This document shows positions 31,395-42,158 of a DNA stretch of 64,000 nucleotides, piece after piece. Source of the DNA: an uncultured delta proteobacterium (GTDB lineage Bacteria; Desulfobacterota; Binatia; UBA9968); contig CAWFJP010000011.1 of NCBI GenBank assembly GCA_963816145.1, positions 192,001-256,000 of the forward strand. Reading direction: 5' to 3'. Positions within the stretch are counted from its first letter, which is position 1. Each line of letters begins with the position of its first letter. Below the pieces are notes generated by a model that worked only from the letters and a program-made list of their open reading frames with translations, did not search any database and had not been told where the DNA came from. The translations under genes were made by a program, and so were the position numbers.

Positions 31395-32846
31395 GTGACT
31401 CAAATAAGGACTTTGATCTTCGGTTTTTTCTTGCTGACCGGAGTAACCGGCGTTGTCTTACCAGACCATGCTGATGCCGCCTCCTGTGATGCCCTTGTCG
31501 GTAAATGGGCCTGGTTTATCGGCGGCGAAGTGACGGTCAATCCGGATGGAACATTCACGCAGCAGTCGGGTAATGCCGGAACCTGGCAATGTACAGATCC
31601 TGCCCGCGGAAGGTTCACTCTGCGGTGGCGAGACGGTGGCTTCGTCAATAGCTTAGCCCTCTCGCCGGATGGGCGAGGTCTCACCAGCACGGATCAATCC
31701 CAGTGGTATGTCACTGCACGAAGATCAGCTGCGGCGCCAACTCTCCCGCAGCTCGTTCGGAAAGACAATTGCTGCCAGGAAAATTACGGCTGCGAAACGA
31801 AGAGGATCGAAGCCGAGTTCACGAAGAAAATGGCAACCTGCCATTTTCCCGGTAACTCCGGCTGCATCTCGGAAGCTACGAGCAGGAAAGCCTCACAGCT
31901 TAAAGCGGCCAATGAACAGCTCCGCATGTGCAACCGCACGGCAAGCGGTGCGGTCACGCGTCAGGCACCGCCGACCGGCAGCGCGTCGTTCCCCGCGAGC
32001 GGCGACGAGTTCCATTCTACCGATGGAACTGGCGGCCCCGGCCAAATGTGTCAGCCGTGTGGATTCGGTACCGATCAGGCGGCGGGTGGCGATACTTTTG
32101 GCTCGAATTCACCAGGCTCGCCGCCACAAACGGGCATGCCCGGTAATAATCCGGTACCTGGACTTGGTGGAACGGATGGACCGTTGCCTTGGGAGCAGCC
32201 TGCGGAAGCCCAGACTCCTCAAGAACGCCCAATCGGTACTGTAAGTGTCGACATAAGTTGGGACTCACCTCCCAACGAGAACGAAGATGGTAGGCGGAGA
32301 ATCGGTTCGTGTGGTATGTCGATCGAATTTTACCGGAACGGCACGGCACTTGTCAGAAGTTACAGATACAAGAATCAAGACTTCTATCGAAGTACAGAAT
32401 ATCCGGACCAGAGGCGACGTGAGGACATTATAGGAGGTCCGGCAACTTTTCGGTTCCAAAGCGGCCTAAGCAGAGTTCCGAAAGGAGGCAGCTTGTATGA
32501 TATTTCATGGAACAATCCGTATTTGAATAGCAGTCGAGACAATTACAAGCGATTGGATGACCAGTCTCAATGGGAAGCTGTACCAGAGGACGGTTCGCCC
32601 GCATATCAAGCATACTGTGTTGGCCGCAACCTAGGCCCGGTAGGCAATACCCCGGCTGTTCGTGTCAGGCTTTTGAGTGTCGGTCTGGTGGACAGTTTAC
32701 TTCCCACATCGAATAACATGACGTCCACCATCAGTCTGAATAATTTGCAAAAGCAAGTTGCAAAGGCTAGCGTCACGATGCGCTGGAACTTTCAACAACC
32801 TCAGGTCGGTCAACAAAATATGCCTAGCACACAACCTCGAAGGTAG
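31395..32846 (+). CDS. Secreted multidomain Cys-rich hypothetical protein
   Basis: GGAGG RBS and GTG start, signal peptide, AASCDALVGKWAWF domain, Gly/Pro linker. Confidence 0.7.
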   Translation: MTQIRTLIFGFFLLTGVTGVVLPDHADAASCDALVGKWAWFIGGEVTVNPDGTFTQQSGNAGTWQCTDPARGRFTLRWRDGGFVNSLALSPDGRGLTSTDQSQWYVTARRSAAAPTLPQLVRKDNCCQENYGCETKRIEAEFTKKMATCHFPGNSGCISEATSRKASQLKAANEQLRMCNRTASGAVTRQAPPTGSASFPASGDEFHSTDGTGGPGQMCQPCGFGTDQAAGGDTFGSNSPGSPPQTGMPGNNPVPGLGGTDGPLPWEQPAEAQTPQERPIGTVSVDISWDSPPNENEDGRRRIGSCGMSIEFYRNGTALVRSYRYKNQDFYRSTEYPDQRRREDIIGGPATFRFQSGLSRVPKGGSLYDISWNNPYLNSSRDNYKRLDDQSQWEAVPEDGSPAYQAYCVGRNLGPVGNTPAVRVRLLSVGLVDSLLPTSNNMTSTISLNNLQKQVAKASVTMRWNFQQPQVGQQNMPSTQPRR

Positions 32847-33259
32847 GCAGGCTATATATCCCGTACCACACGCCGCGGGATAACCTCTTGTGAAAACAAA
32901 CGCCGCAGCTCTGGGTTTTATAGAGGAGATGTGGTGCTCCCCGCACCACAGATGTCGTGCGGGACCGGGACAACTTTGGCGCAGCTCGAAAGCCTCATGG
33001 GCGCCCATTTCGGCCCAATTGCAGAGGCGGCCCGAACCCCAGGCCCCATTTCTTCAATATCGTGAGGCACGGCGGCGATGTGATGCTGTCGGACGGACAG
33101 CTAGGACGCCAGCCTTCATGGGCAGAAATTGGTCGATATGGATTCACGCAATTTCAGTTGCTACGGACGAATTGAGAGTCAAGCCTCGCCGCTCGGCGAT
33201 AGCTGGAGATTGGCGGGGTACTGTCCAGAGTGCGGAGCACAGAAGGGGGCACTAAGTCT

Positions 33260-34407
33260 ATGACGAGAAAACTAACTGCAGGTTTTTCCTTGGTAGCTGC
33301 AATTGTTAGTCTTTCTTTGGGCCACGCTCATGCCGCTTCCTGTGACGCGATCCTCGGCAAGTGGACCTGGTTTACCAAAGGTGTGGTGACCTTCAATCGT
33401 GACGGCACGATGGTGCATGAACCGGGCAACGACGGCACATGGGAATGTACCGATCCGGCGCGGGGAAGGATTACGCTTCGATGGCGACAAGGAGGCTATG
33501 TTAATCAGGTTGCCGTGTCGGCGGATGGCAATGGGTTATCCAGCACCGATCCATCGCAACAATTTGTCAGCGCGAAAAAAATTGGTGCCACTGGAACGGC
33601 GCAGACTGCGAAGAACTCATCTCGCGCCAGTTGCGGCGACTTTGATCCTGACAACCCATGCGGATGGTGCGCGTCAGTTACCTAAAGACCTTCCGGAGCT
33701 GATGCATGCCGCGAGACAGCGCGCTCAGCAGTGGCGCGCGGATGCGATCCCTGTCGCGCTCAAATTCGAACATCGAGATGCGCCAAACCCGAAAATGCGC
33801 GGACCCGAAGTGACTATCTCTTTTTTCTCGCCCGCAGCAGGCAACGGCATGTTAGTGAGGGTAACCTCAGATGGCGCGCGCACGTCTGAATTCAACCAGC
33901 TTGTAAACTGGGGCAAGTTGCCATTGCCGCCGGTGTTCGTGGACCTTCCCGCGGCCCTGCGCATTGCGCGCAATAACGGCATGAAAGGTGCGGTAAATCG
34001 CGCTCGCCTGGACATCTGGAGCCCCTCCGGCGCGCCGCCGGTCGTTGCGTGGATGATCGGCGACAAAACAGTCAACGGCGCGACCGGGGAAATCATCGAT
34101 TACGACGTGACGGGTTACATCGCTCGCTACAATGCGCAGTGGCAGCATGCTGCCAAGGGATTGCTCGCGCTGATGCGCGCCGCGCAAGGAGGAAGATCGA
34201 ACGGCGCTTCTCCCACCATCGGAGGTGATAGTAGCTACCCGGGCTCAGGGTCCTGATAAACCCTATGACGACGGCAGCGCCGCCCGGCAGGAATACGATC
34301 GCAGGGCTGCGGAGAGCCGAGCCTACTGGAATGGCAGTGCAGATGATTACAATCGCATCAAGAACGGCCAGTGCACCTGGAGCGATTCATCCAGATTCGC
34401 CTGTTGA
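33260..34407 (+). CDS. Secreted paralog of 31395; frameshifted, or two to three overlapping ORFs
   Basis: AASCDAILGKWTWF domain; coding continues in ORFs 33399-34256 and 34225-34407. Confidence 0.6.
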
Positions 34408-34906
34408 GGCGCCTGATTGATTTACACCCTCAACAAGTGGCTCTGCACCAATGCATGCTGCCAGAATAAAGCGGTCGAAAACTACACTCGCCTTTGAGGC
34501 ACCACAAGATCCGAGGTCCAGAGAGACTTATACAACGTACTCATTCCACGCGAACAAAATTATACGAACTTACCGTGCGACCGCTGCTGCGCCCCTCCAG
34601 CGCAGAAGTGGCTGTCAGGTGAAGCGTCGTCTTGCCATTATATCGTTCATCGATTTACATGGAACATTTTCTGTCGGCGGCACTCTATCAACCAAATAAT
34701 GAATTCCAGATGGAGTTCAGCGACTGAATCGAGCACTTCGTGGATCGCGGATTGACAAACCTATTGCCGTGGAGGATACTCCGAGCTTTGCCGTTGAATA
34801 TTATCGTTAAGACGGCGTGAAAAAAGTGATAGCTGGGCGACCGACCACCTAGCCAGACCTCAAATACTAGCGGTGAATTTCTTAACTCAAAAACTTCGGT
34901 GAAGTT

Positions 34907-35188
34907 ATGAGCATGGAAGATATCGAGCCAAAGACAGCGGGGGTAGAAGCACCGGTCGATAGCGTTCAGGGTGCCGCTTGGTACAAAGGAGTAGCCGCCG
35001 GGGCAACGGTGGTAAGAATCGTCGAACTTAAGAATGGCGGCAGAGTTATATTGTTTTCTTCAGGCGATAAGGTCCTCAAATTACCAGGCCAATCGACCAA
35101 GACAGTGAAGCCGGATGGCCGTATCGTCGTCGAGCACAGCGACGGACAGGTCAGCGAGTCACGAATCAAGCAGCTTGATTCCGCTTGA
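34907..35188 (+). CDS. Small beta-hairpin-repeat hypothetical protein
   Basis: Repeated xxxxNG/SG/DG turns; TTGACA-17-GATACT upstream at 34752. Confidence 0.55.
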   Translation: MSMEDIEPKTAGVEAPVDSVQGAAWYKGVAAGATVVRIVELKNGGRVILFSSGDKVLKLPGQSTKTVKPDGRIVVEHSDGQVSESRIKQLDSA

Positions 35189-35652
35189 AGAGAAACCGCT
35201 CAACGTCGCCAGTGGCGCCGGGGAATCTGTTGGGAAGTTACTGTCCAATTTTGCCGTGCGACCGTTCGTAATGGATGGGAAACCTTACACCTCGGTGGAG
35301 GCTTTTTATCAGGGACTCAAATGGCCTGCTCCGGCAAAGCGATCCGAGATCGCCAGGCTTTCCGGCAAAGCCGCGAAAGTCAACGTCCCGGGGTGCGCCC
35401 AACTCCGACTGGTTCGAATATGAAGGTCGTAATTATTGATTTGGCAGCGGAGAACATCACCAGCTGATCAAACGAGCTATTCGTGCAAGCCTCGATCAGA
35501 ACAAGGAAATCCTTGATCAATTTGTTGCAACCCATCCGAGACCCATTGAGCACAAGACGGGCAGACCCGAGAACTCTCATTCCGCCTTTCCAGACACCGT
35601 GTTCACGCGTATTCTGACCGAGCTGAGAGCGGAATTCATGGCCGGCCTCTAA
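35175..35652 (+). pseudogene. NADAR protein of the T4 gp30.3-like type, frameshift plus internal stop
   Basis: LLSNFAVRPFVMDG..SVEAFYQGLK; then FEYEGRNY*FGSGEHHQLIKRAIRASLDQN..IEH..FTRILTELR*. Confidence 0.7.
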
Positions 35653-35936
35653 AAGCGTGGAAGGTTAGAATCCAACCGTTACACAAAAGCGAGGGTCCAC
35701 GTGACCGAAGCAAGATCTGTCGCTGACATATTGGGCTCCATCAAACCCGAACTGCCCACGGCCACCATCTAGATCTCTATGTGCGATTATTCGCTGATTT
35801 TCCGATGCGTGCCGGAGGATTGTCGCGAGCGGGTTGTCTTCGGGTAATCACGTATATGGAACTCTCCGTTTCGTGGGCTGCGGGCTAATGCCGGATTACT
35901 AATGTAGAAAGGTGTCTGATTGGCGTACGATACCTC

Positions 35937-36359
35937 TTATGATCTGATACGCCGATACATGATCGCGCGGTCACCAAAAATCACCAACTCATCGGCGTCT
36001 TTCCATTTGATCTTCACTCTCTGCTCCTCGTTAAGGCGCACATGCCGCGTGGGCGGAAGAACGTCTCCGCCGGCGCGATTTATCGTCAGCTTTTGCTCAA
36101 CCCACCAAAGCTGTTCTCCCTCCAAACGAAAGATGCCGGTGACCGTTGCGCGCGCTCCCAGCAATCGAAGCACCTCGGAGTAAGTGCCGTCGGCTCCAAA
36201 GGTCTTCACGCTGGTGCGGCGGGGATCGTTCGACCTCCAAGTGCCAATCAGGCGCTGTGCCGAGTCGTCAGACGGTTGACTAGCAGTCTGTACATCACTG
36301 GGTAATGATGTCGCGGGCCATAGCATAATCAGCAGAGCCAAAAAAAACCGAAACACCAT
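35937..36359 (-). CDS. Secreted lipocalin-like hypothetical protein
   Basis: GGAGG RBS, signal peptide, LIGTWRS..TFGADGTY. Confidence 0.65.
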   Translation of the reverse strand: MVFRFFLALLIMLWPATSLPSDVQTASQPSDDSAQRLIGTWRSNDPRRTSVKTFGADGTYSEVLRLLGARATVTGIFRLEGEQLWWVEQKLTINRAGGDVLPPTRHVRLNEEQRVKIKWKDADELVIFGDRAIMYRRIRS

Positions 36360-36951
36360 ACGGCCTCCGCTATGACACTGATCTGCACACGACGCCATAC
36401 TGCACCCATTCACCGCAAAATATGCCAACCAACTGCCCAAAGACTCATGGCAGTCGTATGCACGCTCTATTTACAAGCTGTTAGAGAACCGCGACGCTAA
36501 AATGTTCCTAATCTTGAAAAACTAGACCACAAGGGAGGCATGGAAAACTTGTGGGTGGGAGCATGTTCGGTCTCCATCGCCTTGCGCCAGGACCAACTTT
36601 TCGCACGGTAAGTCGATCACAAACCAATATTAGCTGACAGTTGTCTCAAACGTGAGAACATCAATGAGATTCCAAGCTTTGATAAAAACTTCGGATTGAC
36701 CGGACTGGTATCTAATTGGGCTTTTGAAAAATTGCAGCGGGCGACGGCGATCGAATTCGTGACATCCAACTTGGAAATTTTGTCGCGAATTTGATGTTTT
36801 CTTATCCGGTGACCAGAGGTTAACGGGCAATTTCTGCCATAAGAACCTTTTTTCGCTCTCCACTACTTTCAACTAGTTTGGCGATCTCCACTTCGGTCTT
36901 GGAAAGGCGGCACCGTTGCAAATCCAACGTTATCGTTTGCACGTCCCCAGT

Positions 36952-37313
36952 TTACTATTGGATCGCGTCGACATTTCAATTGCAGTTTGAGGTTTACGCT
37001 ATCACGCTCTCGCCAGCAAAGATGCTGGCGAATCGCCCGGCTTCATCCGACGCCGAGTTGTCGACCCGCGCAAAATTCGACTGCACCGCTTCGCGAAAAC
37101 CGAGCTCCACTCCCAGGTCCAGATAAGCACCAAAGAGATCAAGCGCTACCGCGCCGCAAAAGAAGACCCCGAGGAGTTGCTGGAGACCACGATCGCTCGG
37201 CTTGAGCGCACGCGCGCACAGCCAAGCGCTCAAATTTGGGCGTACGATCGCCGATCTAGCTGGCGCGGATAAGATCGAGTCGTCGGTTATCGCCGAAGCG
37301 ATCGAGCTACTGG
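36952..37313 (+). pseudogene. comM: 3' remnant of comM/yifB (Mg-chelatase-like AAA+ ATPase)
   Basis: LLDRVDISIAV*GLRYHALASKDAGES..IRRRV..EELLETTIARL, frameshift, LSARAHSQALKFGRTIADLAGADKIESSVIAEAI. Confidence 0.8.
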
Positions 37314-37399
37314 AGTTTGGATCTAAGCATGTAACCGCTCGTTGCGTAATGTCGCTCTCTAACGGACAAAGCGACTCGCGTTTGGGAGCAATATCTCTG

Positions 37400-38263
37400 C
37401 TAATAGCCTTTCTCCAAGCACCAGTTGGCGATTTCGATGCGCCGGGCGAACCAGACTTTTACAAAGCCCTTTACGTAACGGATAAACTCGTCGATTATTT
37501 TGGTGCGAAACGGCACACCGGATATGAACGGATGCAAGTTGAAGGCGAAAAACTTCGGCGCGCCTTGTTCGCCTTCCCAATAAAGATAGTCAAATTGATC
37601 TTTCATGATTTGCAGCAAATCGCGCGGTGTTCTGCCAGCGCCGTAAGTCGAGTAATCATTACAGCCGGGAACGTTGTACGGAACCACGACGACCTTTCTG
37701 CCGTTCGACTCTATCGTGTACGGGTTGTCCGAGTTGAGCGGATCGGCCCACCAGACAAATCCTGCCTCGGCTACCAACTCAAGCGTGTGCGGCGTCGAAG
37801 CGTGGCCAGGAGACAAGTAGCCGGTCGGCTTCTCGCCCAAGACCTTTTGAAAAGCCGCGACAGTTTTTTGGATCGATTCGCGCTCCTGATCGCGCGTGTA
37901 CATAAAGGAATACTCATGCTCGTAACTCTCCGACGAGAATTCGTGTCCCTGCGCTTGGAACGCCCGGCATTCGTCGGCAAATTGCTCGACCTTGAGACCG
38001 TTCATCAAAAACGTAACCTTTAGGCCATGGCGCTCGAACATATCCATGATGCGCCAAATACCGATGCGGTCGCCGTATTCTCTCTCGGTAACCGCCGCCA
38101 TATTTTTCTTAAACACCGCGTTGGCCGGCGGAATCGTGTGTGTGCCTTGGCGCTGCAGCGACTCGCGGGTGGCGAAATTTTCCGGCCAAACTTCCCACGG
38201 AATAATGAAAGTAACGCAAATGTTGGCCTTGTCGGGCCACTCGATAATTTTCGGTCTAGGCAT
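37400..38263 (-). CDS. Polysaccharide deacetylase family protein (PuuE-like)
   Basis: EYGDRIGIWRI, GHEF, GYLSP, NDY, FDYLYWEG, LHPFISGVPFR. Confidence 0.85.
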   Translation of the reverse strand: MPRPKIIEWPDKANICVTFIIPWEVWPENFATRESLQRQGTHTIPPANAVFKKNMAAVTEREYGDRIGIWRIMDMFERHGLKVTFLMNGLKVEQFADECRAFQAQGHEFSSESYEHEYSFMYTRDQERESIQKTVAAFQKVLGEKPTGYLSPGHASTPHTLELVAEAGFVWWADPLNSDNPYTIESNGRKVVVVPYNVPGCNDYSTYGAGRTPRDLLQIMKDQFDYLYWEGEQGAPKFFAFNLHPFISGVPFRTKIIDEFIRYVKGFVKVWFARRIEIANWCLEKGY

Positions 38264-38357
38264 ATAGAGTCACTCTCCTCGTTGTCAGGATACAGAGGTC
38301 GTTAGGCGATAATTAAATTTCTTCCTCCTGCTATACACACCGCTATCGGCGCCAACG

Positions 38358-38840
38358 CTACCTCCAAAGCCCAAATATTAAGCCGTCCGGGAAGGGGAGA
38401 TGGAGAAGTCTGGTGAAGAGGCCTTCCATGGAAAGCCAAGAAATTGCCGTTAAAACAATGGTGAGCGTCCAGGGTTCTCGGCCGGCTATTTTCAAATAAG
38501 CGCAAACAAAGATTGGCACTGCGAGAGGAAAGCCAACCAAAAGAATGAGCAGCAGAAAGCCCAGCATCCAGATAATTATTGCTATCGTTCTCTTCCTGGC
38601 CAAGGCAGGCTCAACGGTATCGGTGGGTTGGAAATCCACGGCATGACCCTCGCGTTCTCCTTCGATGCTCCAGACGCTCAGGGCCGATTCAATCAAGGCG
38701 AGGAAAAGAATGGGAAGCGCGATAACCCTTGGGAAGAGCGCGGTTCGGAACGGCCAGCTCCATGATGCGTAGAGAGCATACCCGGCAACACATGCAGTCG
38801 CTAAACTGAGAGCACAGCGAAGATTCAAGAGACGCCTCAT
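38358..38840 (-). CDS. tctB: Tripartite tricarboxylate transporter small subunit
   Basis: Four TM helices, LFP and LPFPDG motifs, adjacent to tctA. Confidence 0.85.
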   Translation of the reverse strand: MRRLLNLRCALSLATACVAGYALYASWSWPFRTALFPRVIALPILFLALIESALSVWSIEGEREGHAVDFQPTDTVEPALARKRTIAIIIWMLGFLLLILLVGFPLAVPIFVCAYLKIAGREPWTLTIVLTAISWLSMEGLFTRLLHLPFPDGLIFGLWR

Positions 38841-40348
38841 TGCTCGTTTCCCCCGGCCAACGGGCGCCGCTTAAAGCGCATAAAAGGAAAAAAAAGCACG
38901 ATTACCGACAAAGCGATGAGAATCAAAACCAACGGGCGCAGGGTCCAGGACGGGCCGTAGCGAATGGTTGAGATGTAAAAATTGTTCTCCGCTATCCTGC
39001 CCAAAACAAAGCCGAGAACCAGAGGGGCTCGAGGCCAGCCACAACTGATCATGAGATAACCGAGAAAGCCGAACGCGAGAAACACCAACAAGTCTCCTAG
39101 ATGATTGTTGGAGGTATAGGCCCCAATGAAAGCGAAGAACAGGATGAACGGGATCAGCACTGTGCCGCGGATCAGAGTGAGCTTGGCCAGGTAATTCAGA
39201 ATAAAAAGACTGACGGCCACGGTAATAATATTGGCGACGACCATCGTCCAGACCATCGAAAAGGTGAGAACGAGATGCTTATCCAACATGTCAGGTCCCG
39301 GCATGATCCCCTGAAGGAAAAACGCCCCCAGGAGAACCGCCATGGAAGAGCTACCGGGAACGCCAAACGCAATGGTTGGTATTAGGGACCCTCCTTCTTT
39401 GGAGTTATTCGCCGCGCCGGGACCCAATACTCCCCGGACGTCTCCGTTGCCGAACCCGGCTCGCTCCTCACTGGTGCGCGCGCTCTGCACCGCATGACCG
39501 TAAGCGATCCACTGCGCCACCCCGCCGCCTAAGCCCGGCATGATGCCGATGAAGGTGCCCACGAGGCTGCATCGGACGGTTAGCCAAAAATGCACGAAGG
39601 TATCTTTGACCCCGACCCAAACGCCGCTGCCAAGATTCCCAGGCGGCAGCTCGCCCGCGATGGACGTCCCTCTAACGGCGAGGTCAATGATCTCGGGAAT
39701 TGCGAATACACCCACTAACACTGGGACCAAGTCGAGCCCGTTCCATAGATAGAGCTGGCCGAAGGTGAAGCGCAGAACTCCCGCCTGGGGATCTTGGCCC
39801 ACGAGGGCGAACAGGAGTCCCAAAAGCCCGGCGAGAATTCCGCGCAACAGGGCCCGTCCCCCTTGTCCGCTCAACGACGAGATAAAGGCAATGCCGACGA
39901 TGGCAAGCATGAACAGTTCCGGCGCCCCAAATGAAAGAACCAACGGGCGCACGACCGGGATCGCCAGAGCCAGGGCAAAAGCACCAATCAAGGCGCCGAT
40001 AAGGGAGCTCATGAGCGCTGCCCCCAGTGCCCGTCCGGCCTCGCCTTTCTTGGCCATCGCGTGACCGTCCAAAACCGTTGCTGCGGTGGTCCCCTCGCCG
40101 GGAATTCCAAACAGAACCGACGTGATATCTCCGGTGGTCGAGACCACCGAGTGCATCCCCAACAGGAAAGCAAAGGCTTCCACAGGCGTCATCTGGTAAA
40201 TAAAGGGAAGCATCAGAGCGAGGGTGGTTGTGCCTCCCAGACCCGGGAGCAACCCCACCCAGAAGCCTAGAAAGACGCCCAACAGCATCACGAGAAAAGT
40301 GTGCCATTGAAGGACTACCAACAGTCCTTGGACAAATGCATCCAGCAT
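38837..40348 (-). CDS. tctA: Tripartite tricarboxylate transporter large subunit
   Basis: GLLPGLG, FGIPG, LDGHAMAKKG, AANNSKEGGSLIPTIAFGVPGS. Confidence 0.93.
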   Translation of the reverse strand: MLDAFVQGLLVVLQWHTFLVMLLGVFLGFWVGLLPGLGGTTTLALMLPFIYQMTPVEAFAFLLGMHSVVSTTGDITSVLFGIPGEGTTAATVLDGHAMAKKGEAGRALGAALMSSLIGALIGAFALALAIPVVRPLVLSFGAPELFMLAIVGIAFISSLSGQGGRALLRGILAGLLGLLFALVGQDPQAGVLRFTFGQLYLWNGLDLVPVLVGVFAIPEIIDLAVRGTSIAGELPPGNLGSGVWVGVKDTFVHFWLTVRCSLVGTFIGIMPGLGGGVAQWIAYGHAVQSARTSEERAGFGNGDVRGVLGPGAANNSKEGGSLIPTIAFGVPGSSSMAVLLGAFFLQGIMPGPDMLDKHLVLTFSMVWTMVVANIITVAVSLFILNYLAKLTLIRGTVLIPFILFFAFIGAYTSNNHLGDLLVFLAFGFLGYLMISCGWPRAPLVLGFVLGRIAENNFYISTIRYGPSWTLRPLVLILIALSVIVLFFPFMRFKRRPLAGGNEQ

Positions 40349-40430
40349 CGTTAAAGCAGCTTTCCCTTAAGGGGAAAGCGCGGATCAAGCCGCGCTCTCT
40401 CCGCCCCAAGTATCTAAATGATGCAAAGCC

Positions 40431-41477
40431 TCAATCGCCAAACTTGATATATTTCGCCAGAGTCTGGACTACGTCCGGTGGTTGGCTTAAGACCTCGGAG
40501 ACAACCTTCAGAGCATCGTCCGGCGAGACGAAATCGATGGTGATCTTGCCCTTCTCAGCCTCCGCAAGGAGATCTTTGTCCTTGAGGGCGTTGGCAAATG
40601 CGTCGCGGAGGATTTTTATGGCGTCCTTCGCTGTTCCCGGGGGTGCTACGAAAGGCCGGTAGATTTGCGTAGGGACAGCGTTCACGGCCATGATAAGCTT
40701 TCCTTGCTGAGTCTTTGCAAGACTTTCGTCAACCGCTAATTTTTCGATTCCCGGAGCCGAGGTCCGGTTGCGAATAATCGGACGCACGAGACCACGGTCG
40801 ATAAAGGGCTTTATCGAATCGTAAGAGCCCGCCCGGCCATCCACCTCTTTGCGCTCGAGGGCGAGCATAACATCGGCGCTCGATGAGTAACCAGGGACAA
40901 GTTTGAAGTCAAAACCAGCGAACTCCTCAAGCAGCGCGGGAAAATCGTGGGTCGAGCTTCCCGGTCCGGTGGTGCCGATGATAAATGGCTTTGCCTTTCG
41001 CAAGTCGTCCGCGGTCCTGTAGGGCAGATCGGAGCGCACGCTGAGAATCACCGCATCGCTGGCAGCACTGCCCAACCAAGCAAACTTGGTTATATCGAAC
41101 CGCACGCCCTCGACCTTGATCAATTGCGCGACGACCGTCGCATTGTTGAAAGTCCCGATCGTCAGACCATCCGGCTTGGCGACGCTATAAAGATGATTCG
41201 CCGCAATGACGCTGCTAGCTCCCGGCATGTTCTGAACAATGGCGCCAGGATTTCCCGGGATGTATTTGGGCAGATATTTGGCGATGAGGCGCGCATATCT
41301 GTCATAGCCCCCACCCGGTTTGTAGCCAACGACGATGGTGATTGTCTTGCCTTCGTATAATGAAGCGCCATAGGAAGGCGCGTTTGGAAAAAATAGGAGC
41401 AGAGAAATAAAAATGATCATTAACGTCTTCATAAGAACTCCTTTGCTAAAACACGCCTTCAGTCTGTTTAGATACAT
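40431..41477 (-). CDS. tctC: Tripartite tricarboxylate transporter substrate-binding protein (Bug)
   Basis: VGYKPGGGYD..AR, VQNMPGA, KPDGLT. Confidence 0.9.
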   Translation of the reverse strand: MYLNRLKACFSKGVLMKTLMIIFISLLLFFPNAPSYGASLYEGKTITIVVGYKPGGGYDRYARLIAKYLPKYIPGNPGAIVQNMPGASSVIAANHLYSVAKPDGLTIGTFNNATVVAQLIKVEGVRFDITKFAWLGSAASDAVILSVRSDLPYRTADDLRKAKPFIIGTTGPGSSTHDFPALLEEFAGFDFKLVPGYSSSADVMLALERKEVDGRAGSYDSIKPFIDRGLVRPIIRNRTSAPGIEKLAVDESLAKTQQGKLIMAVNAVPTQIYRPFVAPPGTAKDAIKILRDAFANALKDKDLLAEAEKGKITIDFVSPDDALKVVSEVLSQPPDVVQTLAKYIKFGD

Positions 41478-41549
41478 CGTCCTCCTGATCAGTTTATGCG
41501 GCGCCTATTGATGGACTGTCGTGTTGAGCAAGACCATCCTGAATCGGCT

Positions 41550-42131
41550 TTATCCCGTTACGCCTTCTAATTCTGCGGCGATCTTGAGAAATTTTTCATG
41601 CGCTCCAGCGCCCATCTCTTTGACCTCATGATTTTCGAATTCCCGCAGCAGCCGCTTCTGTTCATCCGCCGGGATCACTTCATCGGCCATGCGAAACAGC
41701 ACTTCATCTTCTTTTTGAATATGCTCGCGCAACAGCCGGAGATACTGCCCAGCGCTGTCGAACAGCCCGGCTTCGGCGCTATCGTCGCCCGCATCGATGC
41801 GCGCCAACGCGTCCATCATCCCCCGCACCAGAGATCTGCCCTCTTCATGCTCCTGCAACATCATGCCGACCGGCCCTCCCTCCGTCGGTATCCCATGCGC
41901 CTCCAGCGCCGGAAACAGCACCTGCTCTTCCTTGCAGTGGTGGCACTGGTCGGCAAAGCCGCGGATGAACTCGATCGCCTTTTGCCAATGCGGCAAATTT
42001 TGCCGCGCCGGCGCCGCGCTCAGCCGTTGCACGGCGTCGAGCACACGCTCGATGATCCGGTGCTCATCGCTGAGGATTTGCGTCGGGTTTTCCGCTTGGT
42101 GACCGAAGCCGTGGGCGCTGAGCTGTTCCAT
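41550..42131 (-). CDS. Hemerythrin-like (HHE) domain protein
   Basis: EH, HHCKEEQVLF, EHEEGR, HIQKEDEVLF. Confidence 0.9.
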   Translation of the reverse strand: MEQLSAHGFGHQAENPTQILSDEHRIIERVLDAVQRLSAAPARQNLPHWQKAIEFIRGFADQCHHCKEEQVLFPALEAHGIPTEGGPVGMMLQEHEEGRSLVRGMMDALARIDAGDDSAEAGLFDSAGQYLRLLREHIQKEDEVLFRMADEVIPADEQKRLLREFENHEVKEMGAGAHEKFLKIAAELEGVTG

Positions 42132-42158
42132 AATTGGCTCTCCTCTCCAATCGCTTGG

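Noticed and set aside
12950-36950. Integron cassette array
   Set aside because: Genes lie in both orientations, there is no intI, and no recurring attC. The CTCTAACGG..CCGTTAGAG pair near 25285-25350 lacks L boxes and overlaps a start codon
37202-38023. 273-aa plus-strand ORF
   Set aside because: Chimera of the comM stub and the antisense of the deacetylase gene
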